A stretch of 64,000 bases of DNA from a virus (IMGVR_UViG_2867988698_000004:1-64000); one strand, 5' to 3'. Counted from the stretch's first letter, positions 19,436-29,833 are shown. Numbers and translations: made by a program. Notes: generated by a model not told the origin, from the letters alone.

Positions 19436-19494
19436 CCACGACCGCCGGGCGGCCCGCTCAGGCCGCCCGGCCCCTCCCAGGAAGGAGCATCGCC

Positions 19495-19683
19495 ATGGCC
19501 CTGTCCCACCGGCACGGAAGCCGGGCCATCAAGCGGAACCTCGCCAACGACCCGGTACGCCGGTCCATCCGGATCCGCAAGGCCAAGGTCGCGGACGCGA
19601 CCTGGCGGGAGCAGCTGCGGGAGGTGCGCTGGCGCCGCGTCGTCCCGGCCCGCCAGGACGCCGTGCAGAGCGCCGCGCGGTGA
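19495..19683 (+). CDS. Small basic protein
   Basis: AAGGAG RBS; R/K-rich. Confidence 0.55.
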   Translation: MALSHRHGSRAIKRNLANDPVRRSIRIRKAKVADATWREQLREVRWRRVVPARQDAVQSAAR

Positions 19684-20150
19684 TCGTGCGGCTGGTGACC
19701 GCCTGGGACGTCTGCCCGCGGTCCTGGGCCGCCGCCGCCGGGATGGAGGCGCGGCGCTGCGCCGTCGAGCTGCCGTTCTACCTGTCGGACGGCATCCGCT
19801 GGCTGCCCATGGTGCAGGAGGCGGATGCCATGCCCCGGAGCCGGCCGTCCCCTCGTCCACGTCAGGCGGGGGACGGCCGGCTCCGTTTCCGCATGGAGTG
19901 GTCGATCGAGGTCGAGGCCGCGCGGTGGCGGCGGGCGCGTCGGCTGGGCGTCGGGTACGCGGCGCTCCCGGTGCACCCCTCGCTGCGGCTGGACGTGGCC
20001 CTGCACTTCGCGGCGGAGCTGTACGGGCTGCCCGTGGTCGCCGAGACGGACGCGGTGATGCGGGTGCTGCGTCCCTGCCCGGCCGCCTTCACGCCGGAGG
20101 GCCACCGTCTGGCACGCGGTATCACCGCAGGTGGTGGGCGTTTTTGGTGA
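19680..20150 (+). CDS. Hypothetical protein
   Basis: GTGA overlap with the preceding gene. Confidence 0.5.
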   Translation: MIVRLVTAWDVCPRSWAAAAGMEARRCAVELPFYLSDGIRWLPMVQEADAMPRSRPSPRPRQAGDGRLRFRMEWSIEVEAARWRRARRLGVGYAALPVHPSLRLDVALHFAAELYGLPVVAETDAVMRVLRPCPAAFTPEGHRLARGITAGGGRFW

Positions 20151-20166
20151 ATCGTCTCAATCCAGC

Positions 20167-20204
20167 TTGCATTGCCCAACATGTTTGGCCTAACATGTTT
20201 GGCA
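20167..20204 (+). promoter_or_regulatory. Operator-promoter copy 5
   Basis: TTGCAT-tgcccaacatgtttggcc-TAACAT-gtttggca. Confidence 0.8.
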
Positions 20205-20237
20205 TACGGAACGGCACGAACCGAGACGGAGGACACG

Positions 20238-21452
20238 ATGACCACGCCGACCCCCACCACCACCGCCCCGACCAGCACCGCCCCGACCGCCAGCACCGCC
20301 ACCGCCCCCGCGACCGGCAGCCGGATGTCCCCCGGCGAGATGCGCCGCAAGATCGCGCAGTTCCTGGCCGACAACTCCGGCAAGGCGTACACCCCCGGGC
20401 AGGTGACCACGGGCCTGGGCTGGAAGTGGGTGTCGAACGTGACCAAGGCGCTGCGGGCCATGGCCGACCAGGGCCTGGTCGACGAGGCCCAGAGCAGCCC
20501 GGCCAAGTACACCGCCAACGCCAAGACCTCCCAGGTCGCCTCCGGTGCCATCAGCCCCATCTCGGCGGCTCCGACCGGCAAGTCTGCCGAGGCCGTCAAG
20601 GCCGCCCCGGCGGCTCCGGCGGCTCCCGCCCCCCGCGCCTACTCGTTCCAGCCCGCCAACGGGCCGGTGAAGCGCCCGAACGGCACGACCTACTACCCGC
20701 GCGAGCTGGCGGGCACCTCGGACGTCAACGCCTTGCGCAAGCTGCGCGAGGCCGGGGTCGCGGTGCTGCTGTACGGCCCTCCCGGCACCGGCAAGACCTC
20801 CCTGATCGAGGCCGCCTACCCGGACGCGATCACCATCGCCGGTGACGGCGACACCACCGTGTCCGACTTCGTGGGCGAGTACACCCAGAAGCCGGATGGC
20901 ACGTTCGAGTTCGTGTACGGGCCGCTGATCCGAGCCATGGTCGAGGGCCGGTGCCTGTTCATCGACGACGCCACCCTGATCTCACCAAAGGTCCTCGCCG
21001 TGGTCTACCCGGCGATGGACGGCCGCCGCGAGATCGTGGTCAAGGCCCACAAGGGCGAGGTCATCAAGGCCGCGCCGGGGTTCTTCGTGGCCGCCGGTCA
21101 CAACCCCGGCGTGCACGGCGCGATCCTCACCGAGGCCCTGGCCTCCCGGTTCGCCGCGCACATCGAGGTGACCAGCGACTACGAGCTGGCCGACAAGCTC
21201 AAGATCAACCGGGCCGCCGTGCGGGTCGCCCGGAACCTGGCCACCAAGCAGGCCAACGGTGAGATCGGCTGGGCGCCGCAGCTGCGGGAGCTGCTGGCCT
21301 TCCAGAAGATCGCGGACGTGCTCGGGATCAAGGCCGCCGCGTCCAACCTGGTGGGGATCGCCCCCGAGGAGGACCGGGACGTGGTCGCCCAGGTGGTGGC
21401 CACCACCTTCGGCGACAAGCACGAGCCCCTGACCCTGGGCAAGCAGGTCTGA
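20238..21452 (+). CDS. MoxR/CbbQ/NorQ (CobS-like) AAA+ ATPase with N-terminal wHTH-like domain
   Basis: Walker A GPPGTGKT, Walker B LFIDD, GHNPG, EALASRF, PQLRELL. Confidence 0.85.
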   Translation: MTTPTPTTTAPTSTAPTASTATAPATGSRMSPGEMRRKIAQFLADNSGKAYTPGQVTTGLGWKWVSNVTKALRAMADQGLVDEAQSSPAKYTANAKTSQVASGAISPISAAPTGKSAEAVKAAPAAPAAPAPRAYSFQPANGPVKRPNGTTYYPRELAGTSDVNALRKLREAGVAVLLYGPPGTGKTSLIEAAYPDAITIAGDGDTTVSDFVGEYTQKPDGTFEFVYGPLIRAMVEGRCLFIDDATLISPKVLAVVYPAMDGRREIVVKAHKGEVIKAAPGFFVAAGHNPGVHGAILTEALASRFAAHIEVTSDYELADKLKINRAAVRVARNLATKQANGEIGWAPQLRELLAFQKIADVLGIKAAASNLVGIAPEEDRDVVAQVVATTFGDKHEPLTLGKQV

Positions 21453-21461
21453 TCCTCCCCC

Positions 21462-21535
21462 GCCGACCGGGGCCGGCTTCCCTGGCCCCGGTCGGCCTTG
21501 ACATGCCAAACATGTTTGGCCTAACATGTTGGCCA
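21462..21535 (+). promoter_or_regulatory. Hairpin + operator-promoter copy 6
   Basis: 13-bp stem GCCGACCGGGGCC / GGCCCCGGTCGGC, then TTGACA(21498)-N18-TAACAT. Confidence 0.8.
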
Positions 21536-21570
21536 TACGGAATGACGACCCCGGAAGGAGCCCGATCCCG

Positions 21571-23334
21571 ATGAGCGCCACCCACCTCAACCCCGGCACC
21601 GACCAGCAGGTCCGCCCGACCGGCGCATGGCTGCGCCTGTCGGCCGCGATGGCCGAGATGGTCGTGGACCTGGCCGACCGCGACGACCTCGCCGTCGTCT
21701 GCGCCCCTAATGCCGGCCGCGGCGCCCCCGGCTGCTTCCTGCCGAACCTGGCGCAGATCGAGATCGACGGCACCCACCTGGGCAGCGTCGACGTCAACAC
21801 CTGCAACCCGCTGCGGTCCGGCGACATCAGCCGCTACCCGGCCCTGTGGGGGGTGCTCGCCCACGAGGCCGCGCACGCCCGACACACCCGCTGGGACCCG
21901 CCCCAGGGCGTCGACGGCGCCCAGGTCGAAGCGGCGATCCTGCTGGAGGAGCCCCGCATCGAGGGCCGCCAGCTGACCCGCCGCCCCGTCGACCAGCGCT
22001 GGCTGCGCTCCTCGGCCGGAAAGATCGTCCTGGACGACTTCGACCCCTCCCAGCAGATGGACGCCTGGCAGGCCGCCCACCTCGCTGCCCTGATGCTGGG
22101 ACGCCGCGACGCCGGGGTGTTCACCGACCGCGAGGTCAAGGACGTCGAGCAGGCCATCGCCCTCGTCCTCGGCGCCCCCCTGCTGCGCGACCTGCAGGAC
22201 ATCTGGAGGGCGGCGCTCGCCACGGGTGATGAGGACGCCGCCGGGATGCTGGAGCTGGGCCGCCGCTGGTGCAAGCTGCTGGGCCAGGACCCCGAGCAGC
22301 CGCGCGAGGGCTCCGGCGACGGCCAGCAGGGCAACGGCAACCCCTCCGGCAACCCCGGCCAGCAGGAGCAGCAGGGGCAGCAGGGTCCGGCCCCGGCGTC
22401 ACCGCTGGGCAAGGCCGTCAGTGAGGCTGTGCGGGCCGTCCAGAAGTCCGAGGACCGCAAGCACTCCAAGGAGCGCCGGGCGGCCGAGCAGACCGCCAAG
22501 GCCATCGCGGACGCCGAGCGGGCCCGCGAGCAGGCCGCCAAGGTGTTCAACCGCGAGCCCGGCGGGGCCAACCCCGGCGGCTACGGCGGCGCGACCCGGA
22601 TCGTCGGCACCCGCAGGCCGCTGCCCGCCGAGGACGCCATGGCCCGTCAGCTGGCCAGGCAGCTGCGCAACGCGGCCCACCGGGAGCGGGCGACCACCGT
22701 CACGACCTCCCCGGTCCCGCCGGGTCGGCTGCGGATGCGGGGGGCGCTGGCCGCCGCCGCCCAGCGGGCGGCCGGTCAGATGCCGACCGCCGAGCCGTTC
22801 GTCCAGGTCACCCGCCGCCAGGTGCCCAACCCGCCGCTGCGAGTCGGGATCGCCTGTGACGTCTCCGGCTCGATGAAGCCGTTCGAGGACCCGATCGCCT
22901 CGACCGCCTACGTGCTGAACAAGGCCGCCAGTCACGTCACCGACGCGGTGGCCGCGACCGTGATCTACGGCTACGAGGTGCGGGCGGTGACCTTCCCGGG
23001 CGAGGCCCCCACGAAGGTGCGGGAGTTCGCCGCCGTCGACGGCTGCCACCAGCTCGGCGCGGCGGTGCAGGCCCTGGACATCGCGCTGGGGCTGTACAAG
23101 CCCGGCGCCGCCCGGCTGCTGGTGATCGTCTCTGACGGCCGCTACAGCGAGCACGAGAAGCGGGCCGCGCAGAAGGAGGTCACCCGGCTGGTCAAGTCCG
23201 GTTGCGCGGTCCTGTGGATCGCGCTGGGCGAGGCGTTCCCGCTGGAGGGTGCCCACCTGGTGAAGCTGGACGATCCCTCCAAGGCCGCCGCGGTGATCGG
23301 GCAGGCCGCGGTCCGGGCGCTGCGCACCGCCTGA
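21571..23334 (+). CDS. VWA-domain protein with N-terminal HEXXH domain (CobT-like AAA partner)
   Basis: AHEAAH, EEPRIE, MIDAS DVSGSM, VIVSDG. Confidence 0.85.
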   Translation: MSATHLNPGTDQQVRPTGAWLRLSAAMAEMVVDLADRDDLAVVCAPNAGRGAPGCFLPNLAQIEIDGTHLGSVDVNTCNPLRSGDISRYPALWGVLAHEAAHARHTRWDPPQGVDGAQVEAAILLEEPRIEGRQLTRRPVDQRWLRSSAGKIVLDDFDPSQQMDAWQAAHLAALMLGRRDAGVFTDREVKDVEQAIALVLGAPLLRDLQDIWRAALATGDEDAAGMLELGRRWCKLLGQDPEQPREGSGDGQQGNGNPSGNPGQQEQQGQQGPAPASPLGKAVSEAVRAVQKSEDRKHSKERRAAEQTAKAIADAERAREQAAKVFNREPGGANPGGYGGATRIVGTRRPLPAEDAMARQLARQLRNAAHRERATTVTTSPVPPGRLRMRGALAAAAQRAAGQMPTAEPFVQVTRRQVPNPPLRVGIACDVSGSMKPFEDPIASTAYVLNKAASHVTDAVAATVIYGYEVRAVTFPGEAPTKVREFAAVDGCHQLGAAVQALDIALGLYKPGAARLLVIVSDGRYSEHEKRAAQKEVTRLVKSGCAVLWIALGEAFPLEGAHLVKLDDPSKAAAVIGQAAVRALRTA

Positions 23335-23344
23335 CTCCACCCCT

Positions 23345-23418
23345 GCCGACCGGGGCCGGATTCCCTGGCCCCGGTCGGCCTTGACATATCAAACATGTTT
23401 GGCCTAACATGTTTGCCA
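23345..23418 (+). promoter_or_regulatory. Hairpin + operator-promoter copy 7
   Basis: Same stem-loop as at 21462, then TTGACA(23381)-N18-TAACAT. Confidence 0.8.
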
Positions 23419-23448
23419 TATGGAACGACGCGACCCGGAAGGACCCCG

Positions 23449-23658
23449 ATGAACCTGCACCTGACGATCACGGTGAACGGCAAGAGCTACACCCGCAGCT
23501 TCCGCAACACCGCCGGCAACCGGGTGAAGGCCATCGAGCAGGCCCGCCAGATCACCAGCACCCGCAAGATCGCCGACGGCATCGAGCAGGTCAAGGTCAT
23601 CGAGAACCGCCGGGGAGTCGCCCAGACCCTCTGGAACAGCAAGATCGACGCCCGCTGA
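23449..23658 (+). CDS. Small basic hypothetical protein (69 aa)
   Basis: GAAGGA RBS; strong codon bias; first gene after a promoter. Confidence 0.7.
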   Translation: MNLHLTITVNGKSYTRSFRNTAGNRVKAIEQARQITSTRKIADGIEQVKVIENRRGVAQTLWNSKIDAR

Positions 23659-23688
23659 CCCCTCCCCCACCAGCAGGAAGGACACGCC

Positions 23689-23967
23689 ATGCACACCACC
23701 GACCGCACCTACACCGCCCGCGAGATCGCCGGTCAGCTCCTGGTCGCGCTGCGGATGATGCGCAACGCCGCCGACCAGCGGCTGTCCCGCAACGGCACCG
23801 CGATCGACGGCACCCGCCCATTCGAGGAGGTGGCCGACGCCTACCGGACCGCGCTGGCGTCCATCCCCGGCATGGACGTCAACGCCGTCTGGGACGCCTA
23901 CGCCCGGACCGCCCGCCTGGGCGAGGACCTGGACGTGGTGCTGGCGGAGCTGGCCCCGCAGCCGTGA
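23689..23967 (+). CDS. Hypothetical protein
   Basis: GAAGGA RBS. Confidence 0.65.
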   Translation: MHTTDRTYTAREIAGQLLVALRMMRNAADQRLSRNGTAIDGTRPFEEVADAYRTALASIPGMDVNAVWDAYARTARLGEDLDVVLAELAPQP

Positions 23968-24047
23968 ACCCCACCGCCTCAGAGCGCCCCGCCACGCCCT
24001 GGGGCGGTGCGACCTCTACCCGACCCCCGCGACGGAAAGGACCCGCC

Positions 24048-24383
24048 ATGCACGCCGCCCTCGACGCCCTGTGCGCCCGCACGACGCCGGCCGCCCCGCC
24101 CGCCCGGCTGCTGGAGCTGGCGGACCGGCTGGAGGCGCTGGCCGAGCGCGCCCTGCAGGAGGAGGACGTCACCGCCGCGCTGGCCGAGCTGACCGGCGGC
24201 ATCGGCGACGCGCACCGCGCCGCCTGGTGGGCGGAGCTGCTGGCCTGCCTGGACAACCGGCGGCGGCAGGAGGACGGCGTCCTGGAGCGGCCCGGCGAGC
24301 ATGAGGCCGACTGGTCGGCCCGGGTGGACGAGGCGCTGGCGGAGCTGCTGGGCGATGACCGGCTGCGCCGCCGCTCCACCTGA
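24048..24383 (+). CDS. Hypothetical helical protein
   Basis: GAAAGGA RBS. Confidence 0.6.
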   Translation: MHAALDALCARTTPAAPPARLLELADRLEALAERALQEEDVTAALAELTGGIGDAHRAAWWAELLACLDNRRRQEDGVLERPGEHEADWSARVDEALAELLGDDRLRRRST

Positions 24384-24405
24384 CGTCCGGCGTCTCTGGC
24401 ATGCC

Positions 24406-24443
24406 TTGATATGCCAAACACGTTGGGCCTAACCTGTTTGGAG
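24406..24443 (+). promoter_or_regulatory. Operator-promoter copy 8
   Basis: TTGATA-tgccaaacacgttgggcc-TAACCT-gtttgg. Confidence 0.75.
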
Positions 24444-24470
24444 TATGGCGGAACGGAAGGGAACGCAACC

Positions 24471-24944
24471 ATGACCACGCCGATCACCTTCGAGACCGAG
24501 CCCTGCGGGCGCTGCGGCGGCACCGGCCGCCTGGAGCAGTACGGCCACGTCGCCGGCGGCGTCTGCGCCAAGTGCGGCGGCTCCAAGGTGCAGCTGTCCC
24601 GCCGGGGCCGCGCCGCCCACCGCGCCTACGAACTCGCCCTGGACGCGCGCCTGGGCCTGCGCGCCGACCAGGTCGAGGAGGGCCAGGTCCTCAACGAGGA
24701 CGGCCGCCCCCGCTGCATCGACCAGATCGAGACCGAGACCACGACGACCGGGATGGCGATCACCGGCGACCTGCGCACCGTGACCGTGATCCGGTTCTTC
24801 ACCAGGCAGGACAACGGCAGGTACGGCTCCGCGCACCGCCCGGAGTCCCGCGTCCGCCGGTACGACCCGCAGGTCGAGGCGGAGGTCGCCGCCCAGATCG
24901 CCGCCCGCTACTCCGGCGCGACCCTGGCCGCCCCCGCCACCTGA
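24471..24944 (+). CDS. DnaJ-type Zn-finger protein
   Basis: CGRCGGTG...GHVAGGVCAKCGG. Confidence 0.7.
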   Translation: MTTPITFETEPCGRCGGTGRLEQYGHVAGGVCAKCGGSKVQLSRRGRAAHRAYELALDARLGLRADQVEEGQVLNEDGRPRCIDQIETETTTTGMAITGDLRTVTVIRFFTRQDNGRYGSAHRPESRVRRYDPQVEAEVAAQIAARYSGATLAAPAT

Positions 24945-25004
24945 ACCCGCCCGCCCGGGACGGCCCCTCTGGGCAGCCCCCGCGCGCACGGAAGGACGCA
25001 CGCG

Positions 25005-25433
<429 letters not shown>

Positions 25434-25434
25434 C

Positions 25435-25472
25435 TTGACATGCCAAACAGATTTGGCCTAACATGTTTGGCA
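25435..25472 (+). promoter_or_regulatory. Operator-promoter copy 9
   Basis: TTGACA-tgccaaacagatttggcc-TAACAT-gtttggca. Confidence 0.8.
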
Positions 25473-25504
25473 TACGGAACGGCACGGACCACACGGAGGA
25501 CACG

Positions 25505-26311
25505 ATGACCCGCCGCCAGCTCTCCCCCGCGATGCAGAAGGCCCTCACCGGCGCCTACCTGGACCGGGACCTGCACGACGGCGCGGCGGTGCTGTCCTGC
25601 CGCATCCAGACCGCCCGCGCCCTGGTGGCGCGCGGCATGGCCGTCCCGCGCTCCGGCCACGGCCACGTCCTGTCCGGCGACGGCGAGATCACCGCCGCCT
25701 CCCTGATCGACAACGCCCGTCCCGAGCTGGAGCGGGAGGACGTCGTGGTCTACCACGGATCGATCCTGGACCGGCACGGCCGGGAGTACATCGTGCTGGC
25801 CCGCAACCCCGTCACCGGCCGGTACTCCCTGGTTGGCGTCGACGGCGAGGGTGACGTGCTGCGGCAGGTGCGCCGCACCTCCATCACCTACACCGGCCAG
25901 TCCGCCCGCACCCGCTACCCCGAGATCGTCGGGGCCGTCGAGCCGCCCGCCCCCGGAGACGTGCAGGTGGCCACCGCCTCCCCCGAGGTCAACGCCTACC
26001 GCAAGGCCCTGGCCCGGCTGCACGGGCTGCCGGCCCAGGTTGAGTCGGCCCGCGACGCCTACGACAGCTACGCCCGGATGGCCACCCGGTCCACCCGGCA
26101 GTCGATCCGGGACAACCTGGAGCGCCGCCGCCGCCGCTTCGAGGACCTGGACGCGGAGCTGCGCGGCCTGCAGGAGGCCCTGCCGCGTCTGCGGGCTCGG
26201 GCGGAGCGGGCCAACCCCGCCGCCGCCGCCCGCGCCCGGCTGGCGCTCCCCACGGCCCTGGAGGCCCGCGAGCGGGAGCTGCGCCGCCGCAAGCGCGCCA
26301 AGGCCGGGTGA
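25505..26311 (+). CDS. Hypothetical protein, paralogue of 16635..17333
   Basis: DVVVYHGS...GREYIV motif; GGAGGA RBS. Confidence 0.7.
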   Translation: MTRRQLSPAMQKALTGAYLDRDLHDGAAVLSCRIQTARALVARGMAVPRSGHGHVLSGDGEITAASLIDNARPELEREDVVVYHGSILDRHGREYIVLARNPVTGRYSLVGVDGEGDVLRQVRRTSITYTGQSARTRYPEIVGAVEPPAPGDVQVATASPEVNAYRKALARLHGLPAQVESARDAYDSYARMATRSTRQSIRDNLERRRRRFEDLDAELRGLQEALPRLRARAERANPAAAARARLALPTALEARERELRRRKRAKAG

Positions 26312-26318
26312 CCGCCCC

Positions 26319-26350
26319 CCGGGGTCCGCCGCCGCGGTGGCGGACCCCGG
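26319..26350 (+). terminator. Hairpin terminator
   Basis: CCGGGGTCCGCC...GGCGGACCCCGG. Confidence 0.6.
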
Positions 26351-26407
26351 ACCGCCCTTCATCCCGCACCGCCCGACCGCCGATGTCCTAGATGAACGGA
26401 GAAACCG

Positions 26408-26924
26408 ATGACCAGCCAGCCCCTGACCCACGGCCAGGCCACCGAGCGGATCGCCTTCCAGATGCGGATGGCGATCGACGAGGAGAACGAGGTCCGCGCC
26501 GCGCTGGCCGAGTCCCTCGCCGCCGGACGGGACCTGACCGCCGACATGGCCCTCCCCCTCCTGCGGGCCCAGGGAATCGCCGCCCCCTGGAAGGAGATCG
26601 CCCGCGCCCTCGAGCGCGGCGAGGACATCGTCGTGGCGGCCCGCGCCCAGTACGACAAGGTCCTCAAGGCCCGCCTGCGCGACAGCGAGGACCGCCACAC
26701 CAGCCGCCCCCTACCGGCGGGTGCTGGACCGCCACGCCGTCAACGGCGAGGACCTGGTGACGGCGGCCCGCGCCGAGCACCAGCAGGCGACCCGCTACGT
26801 CCTGCAGATCACCGAGCCCCGCCACTACGACGGGGTCGCCACCGAGGACACCCGCGCCCAGCGGGAGGGCCTGCAACGGTTCATCACCGACATGACCGCT
26901 CTCCTGGGACCCGCCCAGCTCTGA
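26408..26924 (+). pseudogene. Out-of-frame fusion or frameshift of two paralogous units
   Basis: Coding bias changes frame near 26702; AAPW...GEDIVVAARA recurs as AAPY...GEDLVTAARA. Confidence 0.5.
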
Positions 26925-27103
26925 CCACCCGCCGTCCCAGGGGCCACGCGCCCCTGGGCTCGTGCGGGACGGGTTCCGGGTCGCTAGCATGATCCCGTTC
27001 GGGACCTCCGGCCGGGGCGATTCGTTACCCGATCCGACTCACGCCGGACATCGCTCATCAGCCCTACGAGGGACCTTCACCGCGACCACGCCAAGGAGGC
27101 CCC

Positions 27104-27646
27104 TTGAGCACCCATACCGTTCCGGCGCCCTGGGAGGAGATGGCCTTCCCCCAGCCGCACATGGACACCCGCGTCCCCGCCGCCGCCGTCGATTACGTCA
27201 TCTGGTCGGGAACCCCCGACCAGCTCGACGCCGGCGGCGTCCGCGACACCCGCCGCAGCGTCACCGGGGTCAGCCCCTCCCAGCTCGCCCGCCAGGTCCG
27301 CGACGGCCTCATCGAGGACGGCGCACCAGCCGACGTCTGGGTGCTGGTCTGGGACATGCGCCCCTACCGGCTGCCCGGACGTCCCAGCTCCCGTAACAAC
27401 CCCGGCGACCCCCACCACGCCCTGGCCGTCGCCGGCCCCGTGCGCGGCCCGGCCGCGGCGCTGGTGATGGAACGGCTCAAGATGGCCTGGCACCGGGGCC
27501 AGCTCCAGCAGCAGGCCACCGACCTGGCCCGCCAGGTCGGTGTCGAGGAGGCCGCCCGGCTGTCCGGACTGGACGCCGCCGAGATCGAGGAGCTGCTGGC
27601 CGACCCCTACGGCTGCCACGGCTACCCGGGCAACCCGACTGCCTGA
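27104..27646 (+). CDS. Hypothetical protein, possible C-terminal HTH
   Basis: AAGGAGG RBS; GVEEAARLSGLDAAEIEELL. Confidence 0.6.
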   Translation: MSTHTVPAPWEEMAFPQPHMDTRVPAAAVDYVIWSGTPDQLDAGGVRDTRRSVTGVSPSQLARQVRDGLIEDGAPADVWVLVWDMRPYRLPGRPSSRNNPGDPHHALAVAGPVRGPAAALVMERLKMAWHRGQLQQQATDLARQVGVEEAARLSGLDAAEIEELLADPYGCHGYPGNPTA

Positions 27647-27952
27647 CCCGCCCCGGCCGGAACCGCCCCGCTGAGCGGGGGTCCGCAGCCGCAGCGCGGT
27701 TCGCCCTTGTCGGGTGTACGCCTGACCCCAGCGCATCGAGCGCCCGCGCCAAGGGCGCCGGTGCCGCTATCCGGGCAACCACGCGGACGGACGTACCGGT
27801 CTCTGGCAGCCGAGACCGGCATGAATCACGCCCGTGTGCAGCAGCTCCTGGCCCGCGCAAACTCCAAGTGAGGTCCATGACCACTCGTGTCCGGTAATCG
27901 CCGGGTTTTTGTCCTTCCTGCCGTCTGTTCTGGGCCACTACGGTTTCGGGGC

Positions 27953-28150
27953 ATGCCCTACACCTCAGACGGCCACTGGATGGGCCCCGGGGATGAACCC
28001 GAGGACGACCCCGACGCCCCGGGCGTGGTGGCGCGGTGCAGCGGGTTCGTGTCCTGCCCGCACTGCATCGAGGAGCGGGACGCCTTCCTGGCGTCCCGCC
28101 CGGACCTGGTGCTCGACGAGCGCACCGGGCTTCTGGTCCACAGGCCCTGA
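27953..28150 (+). CDS. Small Cys-containing protein
   Basis: RCSGFVSCPHC; codon bias. Confidence 0.5.
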   Translation: MPYTSDGHWMGPGDEPEDDPDAPGVVARCSGFVSCPHCIEERDAFLASRPDLVLDERTGLLVHRP

Positions 28151-28206
28151 CACCCCCGCCACTACGGTGGAACACCTCGCCCCCCGCTCTGGAGGAGAAC
28201 CCCCCG

Positions 28207-28488
28207 ATGGTCCAGGTCCGCATCATGGACACCACCGATCCCGACCGGGCCCGAGCGGTTACGGACCGCATCTTGGCGATCCTGAGGACCGATCCTGGCC
28301 TGATGGTGGGGGACCCCCAAGAGCTGCACAACCGTCGCGGGCCCGGCTTGCGGGTGGTGGTGGAGGTCGCCTTGGCCCGGCAGCCCCCGCCGCCCACGGT
28401 GATCCGTGTGAAAGCCGAACGCGCCGACCAGCCGCAGCGTGGCCGGGGGCGTCTGGGCGGGCGGCGGGCGCTCCCGCCGGGCGGCTAG
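28207..28488 (+). CDS. Hypothetical protein
   Basis: GGAGGAG RBS. Confidence 0.5.
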   Translation: MVQVRIMDTTDPDRARAVTDRILAILRTDPGLMVGDPQELHNRRGPGLRVVVEVALARQPPPPTVIRVKAERADQPQRGRGRLGGRRALPPGG

Positions 28489-28778
28489 TAGCGGCGGCGG
28501 TGCTGCTGGGCCGCCCAGCGGATCGCGTTGCCCCTGGCGGCGGCCAGTCGCCGGCCGTCCCGCCGTGCCAGCTCGTGCAGCGCCCGCGCGGCCGGGTCGA
28601 TCTCCAGGACACCGGCGGCGACCAGCCGGGCGGCCAGGCCCCGCAGGACGTCCACCGCGGCGGTCGGTGCGATGATGGCGTCCAGGAAGGCGTCGGCGTC
28701 GATGGCCTCGCAGGGGGAGGCTGTGGCGGCGGCCTGGGCCAGGTGCTCCCGCTCCTGCCGTTCCTGATCCGTGTCCAT
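28485..28778 (-). CDS. Hypothetical protein
   Basis: ORF convergent with the preceding gene. Confidence 0.45.
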   Translation of the reverse strand: MDTDQERQEREHLAQAAATASPCEAIDADAFLDAIIAPTAAVDVLRGLAARLVAAGVLEIDPAARALHELARRDGRRLAAARGNAIRWAAQQHRRRY

Positions 28779-28878
28779 GCAAGACAGAGTCGCACAGGAC
28801 CACTGAGGGCGGCAGAGCCGCCGATCACGCTCGGTTCACGCTTGCCCGCCGACCTGGGCGGTCCCGTTTCCCTGTGAC

Positions 28879-29082
28879 GTGGAGGCCGTCTCGGCGGAGA
28901 TGGTCTGCGTGACCTACCGCCTGGCCAAGTCGGACCTGGACGCCAAGCTCGGCGAGCGCTCCACCACGATGCGGTGGTCGCAGATCTGGTACCTCAGCAA
29001 CCGAGACCGCGACCCGTACGCGGACGAGGTCGAGCGTGCCCTGGCGGACATCACCAACAACCCCTACTGCCCCTACCGCTGA
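28879..29082 (+). CDS. Hypothetical protein
   Basis: Short ORF with codon bias. Confidence 0.45.
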   Translation: MEAVSAEMVCVTYRLAKSDLDAKLGERSTTMRWSQIWYLSNRDRDPYADEVERALADITNNPYCPYR

Positions 29083-29440
29083 CACCACGAGGAACCGCCC
29101 CCGGACACGACGAAGCCCCGCCGTCCCTGGACCCAGGGGGCCCTTCATCAGGAGGCGGGGTCATCGCGTACGGGGGCGTACGAGGACCGGCATAGGCGAC
29201 CGGTCGGGGCGTGCCCGGGGCCGCCCTCACGGCGGTCGAGCCCGCGACGCCAGGCTACAGGAAAGGGGACGGCCCGGCGCCCCAGCCGTGGCATGGGCGC
29301 CGGGCCTTCACCATGGGCGGGGTGACAGGGCCCCCGCTTCGGGCTTGGGGGAGCCCACCAGCGCTGCGGCCACGGGCCGGGGCTGGATACCCATCCCTGA
29401 ACGTCACTCCTGTGTGGGAGCCCGTTGGGGAACGGCCAGG

Positions 29441-29833
29441 CTACAGCCGTTCCCAGTCCTCCACCGGCCGCCGCTTCGGCAGTGGGTAGACGCGGGTGCC
29501 GTCCTGCGCGATCGGCGCGGTGACCTGGGTCCGCAGATACAACGCCAGGGCGGCGGTCAGCAGCGCGCCGGCGCTGGCCACCTGGTCCTGGGTGGCGTCC
29601 CATCCGAAGGAGATCATCAGGTTCAGCACGGCGGTCAGCAGCCCGGCCGCTGCCGGGATGGCCTTGTCGCGGGCGACCGCCCAGGAGATCGCCAGGCCCA
29701 TCGCCATGGCGGCGACGGCGTTGATCCCGGCCTGCTGCTCCTCGGTCAGATCCGCGCCCCAGGCGACCAGGAACTGGACGGCGACGGCGACCAGCGCCAG
29801 CCACGCGGCCGGGTCACGACCCAACACCTTCAT
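29441..29833 (-). CDS. Holin
   Basis: MKVLGRDPAAWLALV, four TM helices, LRTQVTAP; downstream of the endolysin. Confidence 0.75.
   Translation of the reverse strand: MKVLGRDPAAWLALVAVAVQFLVAWGADLTEEQQAGINAVAAMAMGLAISWAVARDKAIPAAAGLLTAVLNLMISFGWDATQDQVASAGALLTAALALYLRTQVTAPIAQDGTRVYPLPKRRPVEDWERL

Noticed and set aside
29110-29155. Hammerhead ribozyme (CTGATGA on the minus strand)
   Set aside because: No GAAA after the putative stem II; fits a terminator loop better
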